Shown here piece after piece: positions 26,200 through 39,417 of a stretch of 64,000 bases of DNA. Source of the stretch: Raillietiella orientalis (taxonomy: Eukaryota); NCBI GenBank assembly GCA_036172245.1, contig JAYWIR010000012.1, positions 930,001-994,000 on the forward strand, given 5' to 3'. The notes under the pieces were generated by a model. It saw only the letters and a program-made list of their open reading frames with translations. It did not search any database and was not told the origin of the DNA. The translations under genes and the position numbers were made by a program. Numbering within the stretch: the stretch's first letter is position 1; every line of letters begins with the position of its first letter.

Positions 26200-27300
26200 G
26201 CAATCTCCCTTCAAGAGCCCACGCAAGACGTTGCGGGGAGTCCGTTCTTGTTGGAATGTGCCCTCATAGAGAGTTAGGGGCACGTACGGGCAACGAAAGG
26301 GCCCGAGAATGGCAAATCGCTGAGCAGCGCTTTCCATGCAGCGGCTAAGTGGCGGAGCGCTTTGATGGGGTTGCCTTTCTCTTTTGTTTAAACGCGCTTG
26401 TTGACTTTGGCTGGCACGAAAGCTGTGGCAGCAGTGGCTAACCAACCACCTGCACATTTGCGGAGCTCTTCCGCAGAGTGACATCGTACAGCCATCCGTG
26501 CCCTATTCTCGTGGTAAGGGATGTCCCTCGTGCCGTCGTTGTTTTCCACGGGATTCGCGTCGATACGGGAAATGTTTTGGTATCGACCGGTTCTTAAATA
26601 GGGAAAGAGGGAAGGAAGAAATCTATTTTTGGAATGATGGTTTCCCGTCCCGGCAGGCTGCGAGCTTACAGCCCTAGCCAAAGGAAAATCTGAGCACTGC
26701 TAGAAAGGGCTCCCAAGACTTCCGGATCCATAGATACGCTCGGAGGAGAATGTGCATCGCGTCCCTTTCTGAGAAGTATCAGTGCTGGAAAATGTTGTTG
26801 ATGTCACAGGTACGGATAGAGGGGAGAAAGGAGGTGCGTTTTGCTGCTATGTGCACATTTGGTGTGCGCACGTGCCAAACGTGGGCTCGGCGTGCTCTTG
26901 AAAAACCGACGTCAAAGAAGACGTCCAGCTTTGCGGCGAAGGAGGACGTGTTGAACATTTCTCTGCACTTGACTGCCTCCCAGGCCGATTCCGGACGCGA
27001 AAGAGATTCCTCCAGAGTGGGACCCTATCCTTGCTCCGAGGCTGAGATGATCTCCGCGAGAATCCCCAGCGTGGGTTACTCTGGGAAACCTAGTTCTTAG
27101 GCTGGGATGCTGCGCCACTGGATCAAAAGCCGGTGGCATACCCAGTGAATGGAATTGCCTTTGTCTCCCAGTCCGGAACGATGCCAATTAGCATGGAGAG
27201 CCTGAGAAGCGGGCAGCGGGAGCGCCCGACCCCGCGATGGAGATGCGCCAGGCACAGCCGGTTGTCATGGCGAGGCAGGCGCGCAAGGCCTGAGCAGCGT
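26200..27300 (-). mobile_element. Further fragment of the same non-LTR family (endonuclease C-terminus and linker)
   Basis: ~27060-27125 is homologous to ~24750-24815 (FDPVAQHPSLRTRFPRVTHA vs LDPVAQHPILRTRLPRVTRA). Confidence 0.65.
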
Positions 27301-27800
27301 TTGAAAATATTTCGAATTTCGAAATCTTGGAAGAAAAATAAATACGTATGTTTATTACGCACATTAGATTATAGAACATGTTACTCATATACTTAATGAT
27401 GTGCATTGATGTACGTTATTAATATAAATATATTCAAGATTAGAAATACATAAATGTTTTTTCCACAATTCTTAATCGGCCCCATTACTTTTTATAATTC
27501 TATATTTATATATATTTATTTAATATGTATTCATCACGCATGAAATTTACCAGCAGTATATATATATCATAGTCTAATTAACGTTACGTATTCGTATGTT
27601 ATAGATATATTAATAAGTATTACTTCTTTTAATAATAAACACATTCAATATCAACAAATACATGTCTTAAAAACAAAATTTCTAATATGTATGTTATAAT
27701 AGATTTTTATATTAATCTACATTTATATATCGATATATACGATAAAGTTATGTATTTATTTTTCAAGACCTTTCGAGATTTCGACATTCGGGATTTCGAT
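27301..27800. mobile_element. AT-rich MITE-like element with ~50-bp imperfect terminal inverted repeats
   Basis: Left end GAAAATATTTCGAATTTCGAAATCTTGGAAGAAAAATAAATACG aligns with the reverse complement of the right end (GAAATCCCGAATGTCGAAATCTCGAAAGGTCTTGAAAAAATAAATACA). The very AT-rich non-coding interior has sharp edges against GC-rich flanks. Confidence 0.6.
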
Positions 27801-27849
27801 GGGCACCCAGAGGCGACCGTGGCGGTGTTCTTTGTACGTAAGTGACGGC

Positions 27850-29650
27850 ATCCACGGCAACCACGAAGACTGAAACGTGTTCGTCCACGTACGACTGGAG
27901 AAAGCAAAGGGTCACTACATTCGATAGACGAAACGTGGACGAGCCTGCATGAAGGAAGGACACGGCCAGCCAACGCAATGCGCGAGTGTGGGTTTCACGC
28001 CATCTTTGTACACGTCTCCCGTGTCCACTCCCGCTGCATCAAGTTGCTGGGGGCGCGCGTCGGAAGGGGAACTTACCGTCCAAAGCCGGAAAGTCGTGGG
28101 GATCTGCCACGACCGTGCATATTTGTACGATGTGAATTCGGACACTTGGCAGGTCATCCGAGACCAATTCGCGCGATAGGGCAAGGCAGAGAAAGTGCAG
28201 TGTAGGAAAGTGCTGGGGCAGGCTTCTTCGGGGGGGAAGCGTCTGGGAAGGTGAAACTACGAGCAAAAAATCCCCGGTTTGATAGACCCGGACGTATGGT
28301 CGCCGCTCTGGCAAGTCGGGTGCCCGCCGGCAGCAGCCAGATTCCTGCCATGTGTGCCCTCCGTAGGGTACCTGACTGTGGGCCTTAAACGGCCATATGC
28401 TGTTGGTGCGCCAGAGCAAGAGATCTAGAAAAGGTGATTCAGAAAGAAATCGCACGGCAAACCCGCGACGCATTTGACAACAAAATACGCAAGGGGAGAG
28501 AGTGGAAGCAGCGGAGAACCACACAAGTGATCAGAGCATCGTTGGGAAAAGGGGCGAAGTAATTTCCGCTCGAGAATCACACATAGAGAAAAGCACTCGT
28601 CTGAAGTGTTTCACACCCTCGCTCGATTGGGCCGAGCTTGCATGTGTGGACAAATGAACCACCTTGCCACGCGTCAGTCGGGAGAAGGTCAAACTTCTCT
28701 CGACTCTTAGGATTTCGCCAACTCGTAGGATACGCAGTTTGGATCAACCCGAAGAAATTCCAAAAGGTCTTCCAAAAGCAGCCTTCCGGTAGATCGCAAA
28801 AACGAGCATGTTGTTCAACATATTTGACGTGCGTACTTTTTTTTCATGCCCTGTGGAGTTGACCTGCTTTGCCGTGTCTTTTCTGAAAATGCAAACCGGA
28901 AGACTTCTGTACCCACGATGGAACGTGGACAACGATCCGGAAATCCCCTGGGATATTATCCCTTTCTTCTGGCCATGATTCTCAGAAACTTTGGTCACAA
29001 TCTGCTAGTTATTTCCGAATCCTGCAGAGCACGGGAAACCCAGTCTCGGCACTCTTCCAGGAAACCTGTATTTGAAAACTGGAACAAGCCGGGATCTCTT
29101 TGTTTCCACTTCATTAGGAAAAATCATTTCACGTTGTCCTTCGACGTCACGTGACGCGCTCAGCGCGCAAGCCGAAAGGAGGCCCGGAAACCACACTCGA
29201 AAAACGGTGTTTGAAATTCCGGGACTCGAGGTTCCCTACTTTGAGGCAAACCGGCATGTCACATTCGCTTGCAGCAGGGAACCGTTCAGGAGAGCGCAAA
29301 TCACCTGCTCAGAGGCAATATCTCATGGGTTGACACTGCGTATGGACATGGCTGACACCAGTCCGACTGTGTCTGAACGCCTCAAGGAGGGCCGCGCCGT
29401 CGAAGCTCCAGGGGGACACCTCAGTAAATTGGCAGTTGCGTGCGTAAGCGAACTTCGCATCGGCAGCGAGTGTGTGAGAACCGGAAACACAATCGTCCGA
29501 TGAAGCACCCAAGGCAGAGTCATCGTCGTGCATCTGCCCTGCTCCCATGCAATGCATAATGTACGCGATCTGCACCGGAAACGCACATGCGTGCATCTGT
29601 ACGGAAGCCGGCATTCTTTCTCACTTCGTACCACCCACGTACGCACCTTG
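27850..29650 (+). mobile_element. Decayed L1-like non-LTR relic (C-terminal half of RT region)
   Basis: FRQLVGYAVWINPKK (cf. SGLxINxxKS, ~28715-28760), STYLTCVL (cf. KYLG), QKLWS and CFHFIRKN..RKPHSKNGV (cf. FIW..PKxxGGL) in order, frameshifted. Confidence 0.45.
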
Positions 29651-29749
29651 AGCCGAGTTTTCAGTTTCTCGCGAATGGTGTCTACTTTAAGCGCCTTTTG
29701 GGATTTTCAGCAGCCGAGCTTGCCTGACGTGTTCCGTCGACTCTGCCCT

Positions 29750-31090
29750 CCGCCGCATGGAATACAGGGAGAGTGCAGAACACCGAACACATAGTGGAAA
29801 ACTGTTTGGGTTTTTGAGATCTACAGAAGGCTACTGGATTCTTTTTAGAAAGTGCATCACGGAATAAGAAGAGGGAAAAAATCACGAGAACCCTCCCCAA
29901 ACGATTCGAAATTCAAAGTTAAAGATGCTAAAGTGAATCGAAGCCAAGTACGACACCTGAAGTGCTGTCAGCAAAATGCATGGATGCAGATAGACCTAAG
30001 AAAGGCCTCTAAAGAACGCAAGGGGATTTCAGCCATCAATCAGTGCGCAGAACTTTGCTAAATGCAACAGAATCTTTCCTTTCTGTCGAATGGAGAAATG
30101 AGAAAGTGAACTGTTTGAAAAGAACCTCTTCGGAAGGGAAGAGACGCACCAATGTGGAAAAGACGTCTCGTTTGGGGAATTGCAGGCGAGGCACAACAAA
30201 AATTCGTCGATGTGACCTCGAACTTCGGCACGCAAACAACCAGTCGGTCCTTCATGCGGCTACCCAGCAAGTAACCTGGTTGTGTGTGTGTGGGGGGGGG
30301 GCACGCTTTGTAATCCAAAGCCATGTACGTGTGTGCGAGTAAAATGAGAATCGAGCCAGCCCCGGTGATCCGTGCACTTACAGTTTGTTACACCCTGTGG
30401 CTTTTGAGAGGCGGATCGGATCAGTGCACGCGCTGCGTATTGGAAGCAGATCGCTTCTGACTGTGAGTGAGGAAGTGAGTTCGAAACCCAAAGAAACTCT
30501 GCAAACGATTTCATCAGCACAGGAAGCGCCTCGCTTCATCTCGGCACACGTCGGTGATGACTGAGGAAACTCAAGCAGCTGCCATTTCTGCTTGTATATA
30601 TGTGCACACCTAGGGATGGACATCACGTAATCGAAGAACCTCGTTGTAGAGAAGTCTCTCTTCATTGGCAGGCGTGCATCTCCAGGAACAACTCCGTGGT
30701 GGTCCTCCGCCCCTGAAAGTTACGCTCACGCTATTGCGGCGCTCCACTTTGTGTTGCCTCCTAACAACGTCTTTTCATTACAACCGCTTGAAAGTGTACT
30801 CGGAAAGGCTCTCCGTATAGCGTACGAACGAGAGAGTTGAGCTGATCGTGTCGGCACACAAAGTGGAGCTTTTTCAGTCATTGCTTCTGATTACAGATCC
30901 GTCTGTCCGTGGAGATGCCTTGAACGGGAATGAGCGCCTCGCGCAAAGTTTCGGTGGTTCTACCAAGATCGTGGCACAACGGGAGGAGGTTTACCCGCTG
31001 GCTGCTGACGAACTAATCGCAATCCACATTCTAAAAGGTTCATCCCGATCGGATATTTGAGTTCCGGTAGGCGAACCAAGCCAATCGGTT
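29750..31090 (-). mobile_element. Decayed RTE-like non-LTR reverse transcriptase relic
   Basis: Ordered remnants: QRVNLLPL..LREALIPVQG (~30920-31000), YAIRRAFPST (~30795-30825), SCADEIV (YADD-like, ~30505-30525) and YLLGS..EVTS..ASPA (cf. YLGS..EVxxRIxxA, ~30180-30275). Confidence 0.5.
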
Positions 31091-32597
31091 GTCCGATCTA
31101 CGCAATACCCATTGATTGCGCCACACACCCACGCAACCCACCTACTCCGACCCAATGAGGGTTAATTGCTTTGACTTTGGGAGCGCAGCGCGTTCGTGGA
31201 GATAGCCGGTGGCGGTGCGTGCCCTCTTCGGGCACCGAATTCTCGAGGTTTGCTCATGTTGCTCCGATGAAATTCGCTTCGCGAGATCTGTCTCGCGGTG
31301 GAGGCCCTGCCCTGGCGGTTCCCAACGTTTCTCTCGTAACGCGCGGAAGAGGTGGCAAATCGCAGCAACGAAAGCAGCCTTCAGCTACTGGGACCCAGTT
31401 AACTGACTTTGGGACATCTTATGTTCCTTTCATTTATCGTTACGTGTACAACTCGTCAGGAGGGGTCAAACCTTCATATGCCTTAAAGGAACCTGTCCTT
31501 CTCGTCCTGTCCTGCATTTTCGTCCCTTCCCATCCCGCTATTACCGCCAAAAAAACCCACGACCGACTCGCGCCTTCTTACCGCTTCAAATCTTTAACAA
31601 GATTAGCAGCACTCTTTGGACTTTGTGCATGAAAAACAGGTCATACCTCACCTATGGTGTAGGCAGACCCAAAAGTCGCGTCTGATTAAAAAACGACTGT
31701 GGCTGGATTTTCCAGCAACCGCACAATATGCAAGCTACAGCCTTGTGATCATACGTGAACACATGAAGACAGTTGAATTTGTCTGCTACAACACCTGCAT
31801 AAATTATTATCTGCAATCTTCATTACTAATTCGTGTTTCATCTCCTATCCATCCATCTGTGTATGCATCCTGCAAACACAAGTGCAAATCAACCAGACTG
31901 TAAGCTGACACTTTTATCTATGCACACTGTTTACCAAAAAAAAGGAGGGGAGGGTGAGGTTAAAAGTAAGGCCTGAACCATCTGAAGAGCCATTATTCTC
32001 TAAAGTAAAATGTCTAAAACATATGACTTGAAATATTTCCGTAGAAAAAAAAAAAAAAACATGTGGTACCAATAAACAATCATTAGATAGAATTTAGATC
32101 CAGCATTTAGATAGAATTAAACAATCAAATCACTGCTTGCAATCTCTGTCAATTCTTTTTCCATTTTGTTACATGGCTCTCATGTTATTCATCAAGCCAC
32201 ATTAAACAAATATTGCTTCACTTATTTTACATCCAGCTTTCTTGGACTGTATCAATTATTTCTGTTCAACTTCAATTTACCACACTTTATCAGATACCTG
32301 AAGGCTGTTTTTGCTCAGGTTTTAATACCTTACAGATTGCACATGAACACTGAAATCCTGGGAGCTGATTAATTCTCAACCAAAGTTGGGTTTGTTATGC
32401 TCTTAGGAGGAAAGGGTTTATCAAGTTCGAAGATACGAAACACATAATCATGTCCAAAGAAATAAATAGTCAATCAAGCACCTGTGACATTGCATTTATT
32501 GAGCCTGACAAACATGCAAAACATTACATAGAGAACATTACTTTTCAGTTTACATGGGATGTATTGTGTCTAACTGCATACCTAGCTACATTCTGTA

Positions 32598-33310
32598 TCA
32601 AGAAAGACTATTCTTGTGAGTTAATAGTATGGGATGCAATTCATAAGTTAGCTTGTACTTTTCATTATTCCAGACAAAGTTTGTTGGGAAATTCGTTTCT
32701 CCTAAGCCAAATTCAAAGTGATTACCCAATTCGAGAGCTAATGAGGATTTGATTAAACCTACACCCCCAGCTTCTTTTTTGGCAGGATGATATATTCTTC
32801 CTGTTTCACTTAGCATTATTAATTTCTCTGGTTCAAATTCTTGCACGAGACCGTCGGACTGACATCCATATGTTAAAAAATAGCCATTATTTTTGCGAAT
32901 TAAACTCAAAAAAACAACAGGTAAATCATCACATCTCACATAGTTGCACTCTCTACCACACATGGAAATATAGGGGAATTCCTTTGCAAACCTTGGTGTA
33001 CTGTTTAATTTCAGTTGCTTGAAAAAGAACGTAAGGAATTTTTTTTCTGTAATTTCATAATGCAAACTTTTTATTATTTATGCATGTGTTACCTTTGAAA
33101 CAAGATGTAAAATTCTTAATTTTTGCATCATCCAGATAAAGCTAAAAATGACAAAAAATGCAATGCAAACCAAAATCCAAAAATCTTTACCATTCCTTGA
33201 TGATCTACATAATAAAAATACTCCCTCGTTTTCCCATCCACACACTGTCCCTGCACGTAAGATAAACTGCGAACCAACAAAATTCGTGTCCTTCCAAAAT
33301 TACTTAACAT
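32598..33310 (-). CDS. C8orf82: UPF0598 protein C8orf82 homolog, 3 exons
   Basis: Exons 33310-33191, 33141-33093 and 33046-32598 splice in frame: YVQGQ..REYFYYVDHQGM|LYLDDAKIKNFTSCFK|EKKFL..FPYISMCGRECNYVRCDDLPVVF..GRIYHPA..GGVGLIKSSLALEL, as recalled for C8orf82. Confidence 0.93.
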
Positions 33311-35099
33311 TATGATGCATGCAATCACTTTTCCTGGAAGGAACCAAATCGACGTCGCCAATAGCCGCTGATGGTGGCAACCAAGTTGTGTACAAAGACT
33401 GGCAAGATGGTCACAGAATGCCTTCAGCAAACACTGCTACTGATCCCATTCCCAACAACTTATCCATGGAAGCATTACTTATATAATACAAAAGTTTCCA
33501 GAATGCAACTGCAGTACGCAGAGCGTCCATCTTAAAAGCATAGGATGCTTTCCTAAGAAGGCCATGCACTTTTTCAGTTTGCATAACATCGTTCACGGAA
33601 AGGTTCTGTTGCGCTCTTCGTGGTTCGAATACGTTCATTCACATCCACGAAATGAAATTGCACTGCACGGAACGCTCGTGATGGATTACCGATGCAGTAG
33701 AAATTCTCCGAGTTGATGGCTCTCCGTCGAAACACCGATTTCTTCGTGCCTTTCACCTGGCCGATGCCTCCGAGCCTCGAACCACCCCTCAGCCACAAAC
33801 CGGAGGGCACTGCTCAGCATGGAGAATGGTTGCTAAGGTTAATCAGCGTGGGTGGAACGATTTTTCCCTTGTAACTATCCCCTTTCCCTTCATCCCATCA
33901 CTTTTATTGGCCAGAGTAGCCTATTCCTGATCGAAACTCCTGCATATGCTCGATGACTTTTCAGATACGTGAGAGGCTGCCCTCTGGCAATGCAAGCTAC
34001 AGCGGCACATCGATACGATGGTAGAAAACATATCTTCTCCTCTACCAAACGGCAGCAAACCAAAGTGCATACACGCAAGCTGCTGTCTACTTCCAGCTCT
34101 ACCCGTTGGCCAACGCATCCGCTATGGATCCCCGGGAGGACACTTCCTGCCAGATTCTTCAACTCTTGTGCAATTCGTTCCTGTCGTGGTCCATTTCGCG
34201 AAATTCACATCTTTGCGAAATCACTGTCACATCTATGGGAAAAGCAATTAAGAAGACAGAATCACCGGGGTGTCCGATGCAATAAGCAGCAAGAAAATGG
34301 AAAATAACCCCATCGGTATCCCTGGTTCATTGAGGGGACCTACAAAATAGGATGCAAGAGATTCACTGAAATGTACAGAGTTTCGACACTTGAGTGTTTA
34401 CAAAAACAGATGATGCCATCAGCCACGTTACAGCTCATCGTATGGACTCCCTGAATTACTTTCAGCTTGTAATTTCCGGTCGCTACGAAACTGACTTGAA
34501 AATTCACCTTTGCTTTAAAAAGAATGCTTCGTTTATTCATGCAGTGCCTTTGTACTTTGAAATGCGCGGATGCATCGACAGAAGGTGATAGGTGCTTTCA
34601 AAATACTAGAAGAAGCTCCACTTGGACAAAATAATTGTAAGCTCTTGACTTTGACCCCTGTGACATGTTATCGCTCTCATTCTGATTAGGATCTGATTTC
34701 TTTCGTTTCAACTCCTTCTATGTTTTCTGCATATTTTAGTCTGTGTTTCTCTCATCTTAGAATACACATCGAACACTTAAAAAGCAAATTCACATACAAC
34801 CATCTCATTCTCGGCAATTGCTTGAATACGCACGTTTCATTTTTCTTTCTAAAGAGGTTCACCCCAGCAGCTGACCTTTCAGCCAGCTTTCTCTGAAGAG
34901 GGCGCGTATCCTTCCCCACGTCGGACGTTCATTTTTTACATACTTTTGGAAGGTACGGAATGATCTATCTTTTCGATTCTAAATTCAGAACACAGGATGT
35001 CCTATCTGATAATTAGCACGAAGATAATCTTTTTGTCTAGTGACTTTGTTATTTCATTCTGAAGAGTGTACTTCCTTCCAAAGAGGTACAAATAAAATG

Positions 35100-38000
35100 T
35101 CCTCATCTTCGTTGAGGATCCAGGCAATATTTTTTTAGACCCAGTTTTCCATAGCAACACATTAGGAAAATCATGCAGAAAGTGCCTGCAGTGATGTCCG
35201 AGAAATTATTCACAACTACTGGATGCACTCTTCGGCATTGTGAGAAGTACCTCACAAATACATACTGAATCCTATAGGCAGCTGAAAGTCCATCTTCCAT
35301 TTAGGTACCGTAATGAAGCTCTTTGATTCCCGTTGGCCATTTTATTTTGAGGTTTAGGCAAACTCATCTCTTTCTATTTTATCCACGCTCACCATTTCAC
35401 ACAATTGCAGGCCACCATGACAATTACACTTGCATTTTGGAAGGGAAAATAGAGAATTTAGTTCATCTTTCTCAATTATAGTTTCCTCATTTCTGATCCT
35501 ATGAGAGTCTTCTGTGAGTACCGTTTTTCTGATAGCCTTCTCATTCCACGTTTCTTTGAGCTCTCGTATACACACAGGTAACAGGACACACGTATTACAC
35601 TGTCTTCGTTTTATATGAGATGAAAATCGGATTTTTCTGTCATGTCCTGAAAATGCCAAGTGCAAAATATGGTTCGGCGAAAATTTGAAACCGAATGAAA
35701 GTTGATAAAAAAAACATGAAATGTTATGGGAACAAAGAATTAGAGATCATGAAGCTGAGAAATAGCTTGTCAACAAAACTCGGATGAAAAGGGCATTGCA
35801 ATGAAGAATGAAACCGGGAGATCAGTTTGAAATCAACTTACAGATGGAATGTCATGATTTGACTTCTTGTTATTATTTTTAAAAAGTGCATTATCACGGG
35901 AGCCATTAATAAATTGCTCTTGTAAGAATGGGAATGCAGATATTGTGAAAGCAGCATACACCAAGCTGTATAGAAACCTTTATTCCCATTTTCGGGATGT
36001 CACCATGCAAGATCTCGTATCCAGCATCCGTTTTTTTCCCGGGTAGTCATCCTGATTTCTTTGCTATCATGATCTTGATCAGACATGCTTAAGGACATTT
36101 GAGTAGACCACGAAGAAGGAATGCCTGCAATCTCTCTCGATGTTTGCTATGAACGAAAGTGAATATGAGGAATTATTGCAGCTAGCGAGTCGGGAAATCA
36201 CCGAAAGCAGACACTGGAGTTGCTGTTTCGATAACTTTAGGCGAATGAGTGCCAATCAGCAACTGAGCAGTTTTTTTGTTTTTTTGACCTACAGTTGACT
36301 GTCCACTTCCAAATCAATGATGTTTTTTTTTCTTGCTTCTTTTTCCGACGATAACTGCGTTCAGTTTGACATTTTCACTTACATTCCTACATTACATTAT
36401 AACATCACCCCTGATCGGTTTGTATCCGGGCATATGACTATGTTTCGTTTACACAAGAAACAGCTCATATTGATCAGACCAAGCAACATGTTTTATCCAT
36501 ATCACATATTCCCGATGAGTGTGTTTGTGTTCGTTTTCTTTCTAAACAAGCTGCTTGAATTCCGAAATAAATGATTCAGCCTTTCGTCTTCAGGCCGGAT
36601 TTCAGGAAGTGGTTTGTAGAGATCAGAGACTTCCAAAGAGGCTTTTTTGTCCGTCTTCAGTTTTCGAGGTTGCACTTTTCTTAACAGTATACCTGATGAG
36701 TTCAATTCGATCTAAAGTATCTTCCATTTTCCAACAAGTGTCATCTTCTAAAATCTCTTCAAGAAAAGGTGGTATCATCTTTCCAGGCTTCAATGAATTC
36801 GATAAATTGTTCTAAATCTTCATGCTTTGCAAAGAACGAGACCTATTTTCCGTGAACGTAGGACCAAGGGTGGGAATTTTGCCGTGGTTTTGTTGCATTG
36901 CCCCACCGTGGCCAATCTGCTCCTTCATGCATGGTGTGTCTTATAGGGAAGGGTCTTTTAGCCCCTTCATCCATATCAAATGTTGTTGTTGACCCCACAA
37001 ACCTTCTGCTTGCCATACATCTTGAACAGCCTCTAGATCTTCCTAGTAGTCATTCGGTTAAGCTGTTAAGTTAACTAATACATATATATGTATGCATAAA
37101 TTTACATAATTTTAATATTATTAGGTAACATAAAAATATTTATATACATAATTTATTCATTAGATAATAATATTGAGTTTGTACGTGATTTTAAATATAC
37201 TGTTTATAGTAAATCTTGAAAGTGAATTATGTAAATTTATTTAAGAGAGGTAAAATTATTTAACAATAATCATTGAATACAAATCTCCCGTCGCTCTGAT
37301 GTAAGGTTAGATAAGTCGTAACACAGTGGATGTACCGGAAGGTGTATCTAGGCAAGGGGGTAATCTACTAATTTAAGTAAAGATCAATTTGATGTTGATA
37401 ATTATTTAAATTTTTGACTCGGAAAAAAAAAACAAAAGCAAATACATAAGCAAGCTGTTTTGCTTGCTCTACTCTTACTCTTGTCTGCTTCCCATTCCCT
37501 CGAACCCCAAAGTTTTGCAACCAAAAATGGCTTACATTTTGTACGGTTGACAGACACGAAAGTACACCACGAATTGCTGGCAGTAATTGTAGAGCAATGG
37601 ACAGACTATGGGTTCCGCCAACTGTAACAGAACTTCGGAGAAATGTCCAAAGCTCCAAAGAATAAAAGCATATAATAAAAACAGGAACGTTAGCAGGAAC
37701 CATTCTCACAGCAGCACTGAATTCACTCTGTGAAATAGTGCAATAGCAGCAAAACACAGCTTTCCAGTGATAGCTGCACCAACCATTCACGGCACTCATA
37801 GTAAAATCCAGTGAGACTGTGAAGTTTTGGAGCAGTTGGAAAGCACAAGACAGATACTCTTTCATTGTTTCCTGTGGCGAACATTCCACGTGGATAACTA
37901 TCAGTTTCCACAGAATCTGGGAAACCATTGGCAATCTCTTTTGCCCTTGGAAACTCATTTGGTAGCATTTCCCTTGGAGAATGAATGATTCGGGAAAAGG

Positions 38001-38567
38001 AATGGGACCTCTGCAGCACAGGCAATAAAAAAGAATTGCAAGATAAGAACGAAACCGACTTTATTTGTATTTACAGAATTTTCGCCGTCCGCTGTTGGAT
38101 TTGCGTCCTTCCGAGAGAGCTGCATACGCTCGTGTAGGTCTCTTCTACGTGGAACGTGGGGGAAACAGCATCCGCAACATTCAGATCTTTGGAGTATCCT
38201 GTGTTTCAAACGAAAGAATGAATGAAAACGAACGAGACTTCCAGCGAAACGTATCGCTGATTTAGAATAACACCACTGAAATATGTGCCATCGTGACGAG
38301 GAACGTCGTGCCAAATCTGCCACTGTGCAGGCCTCTGGTCCCCCTTTTACTTAACTTCGCAAAATGACGCCCCACGGAGTTTTCAATCAAGAAATGAGTG
38401 CAGGCATGGAGAACGATCGGGATCCGTGTGCCATGGTCTGGTATCGGAACAATTCTCAAAGTGTGTCTCGCAGTTACACACACCTGATCCACACAATGGC
38501 GAAATGGTGGGCGGTGGTGAGCAACCGACTCTCTGCCAGATACACCTACGGTCTCTTGATAGGACAC
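35100..38567 (-). CDS. Putative multi-exon gene or decaying gene with a divergent RhoGAP-like N-terminal domain
   Basis: Exon-like segments with splice signals: RIPIVLHACTHFLIEN (~38380-38430), TVADLARRSSS (~38290-38330), SPQETMKEYLSCAFQLLQNF..TMSAVN (~37785-37880), loosely matching RhoGAP helices. A phase-0 intron at 37535-37043 (GTAAG..TACTAG) joins STVQN to EDLEAVQDVWQAE. Downstream exon-like pieces have frameshifts near homopolymers. Extent uncertain. Confidence 0.3.
37070..37352 (+). rRNA. rrnS: NUMT: nuclear copy of the 3' portion of mitochondrial 12S (SSU) rRNA, presumably non-functional
   Basis: TACAAATCTCCCGTC (37278-37292, cf. TACACACCGCCCGTC), a very short helix 44, TAAGTCGTAACA (37312-37323) and terminal helix 45 GGATGTACC-GGAA-GGTGTATCT (37328-37349). 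The extremely AT-rich upstream ~200 bp is typical of invertebrate mt rRNA. 5' boundary approximate. Confidence 0.85.
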
Positions 38568-39383
38568 CGAGGAAAAGAGGGACTCCCATCCATCAGAGGC
38601 ACGAGGCGTTTCCTATGTAACCTTAGGGAGCGCTGATTTCGAAAGAGGTTCCGGAAATAATGCGGGCAGCCACCGACGGCAGATTCCTTGGGTCCGATTT
38701 CGGCTTGCACGGCTGCTCGATCCCGGGCAGTTGCCCATTCCTGAGAACCGTGGAACAGCTTTCCATGCCGGGCGTAATTGCAAGGAAAGCAAAAAGCAGA
38801 TGGCACCGACCCTTCCGCTATGCCCCCACACGCAAAACGGCGAGGGAGGGGGGAAAAACAATCCAAGACTGCATGTTGCATTTCGTCTTCCAGCGCTGCT
38901 GCCTGCCCGGCTGCTGCACACACGCCAGCAAAAGCCGAAAGAGTCGCCGTTTGGAAGAACAGCAAGCAGCGAGCAGCGTGGGGCATCGCAGACCGAAAGT
39001 GCCATTTCGTGTGGGTGGTGATTAATGAATGATTTGCGATTGCCAGTCGATGAAATCCCCGCCTTGACGGAAGTGGGTTCTGGTCCGTATCACCACGAGC
39101 CAGAAGACACCAACACCTCCGTTACATGCATTGCACTGGAGCGACACAATGGATCTTGAAAATTCCTCGAAAGTTTCACGCATGCGCACGGCTTTATTTG
39201 AATGCACAGCTGATCTTAGCGAAAATCGGCTATTTTGAAATTCTGCATATGGTGATATCGTGTCAATATTTATATATATCGGAAAGTTACTGTGTCTCAA
39301 TCATTTATAGTTAGTATATTTCACGTGTGTGTTTCGAAGTTTGCGGATTCCCTAGCATATATTGTTGCATTGAGTACCCTTAC

Positions 39384-39385
<2 letters not shown>

Positions 39386-39415
<30 letters not shown>
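39386..39415. repeat. Poly(A) tract, 30 nt
   Basis: Direct count; lies ~230 bp upstream of the CNOT4 ATG. Confidence 0.95.

Positions 39416-39417
<2 letters not shown>

Noticed and set aside
31430..31480. Minus-strand CTGACGA-GTTGTACAC-GTAAC resembling a minimal hammerhead ribozyme (similar case at ~733-760)
   Set aside because: The GAAA core is mutated, and no stem III or cleavage triplet can be formed.
32100..32482. Intron-like GT..AG signals downstream of C8orf82 suggesting another minus-strand gene
   Set aside because: All frames hit stops within ~30 codons and there is no recognisable homology.
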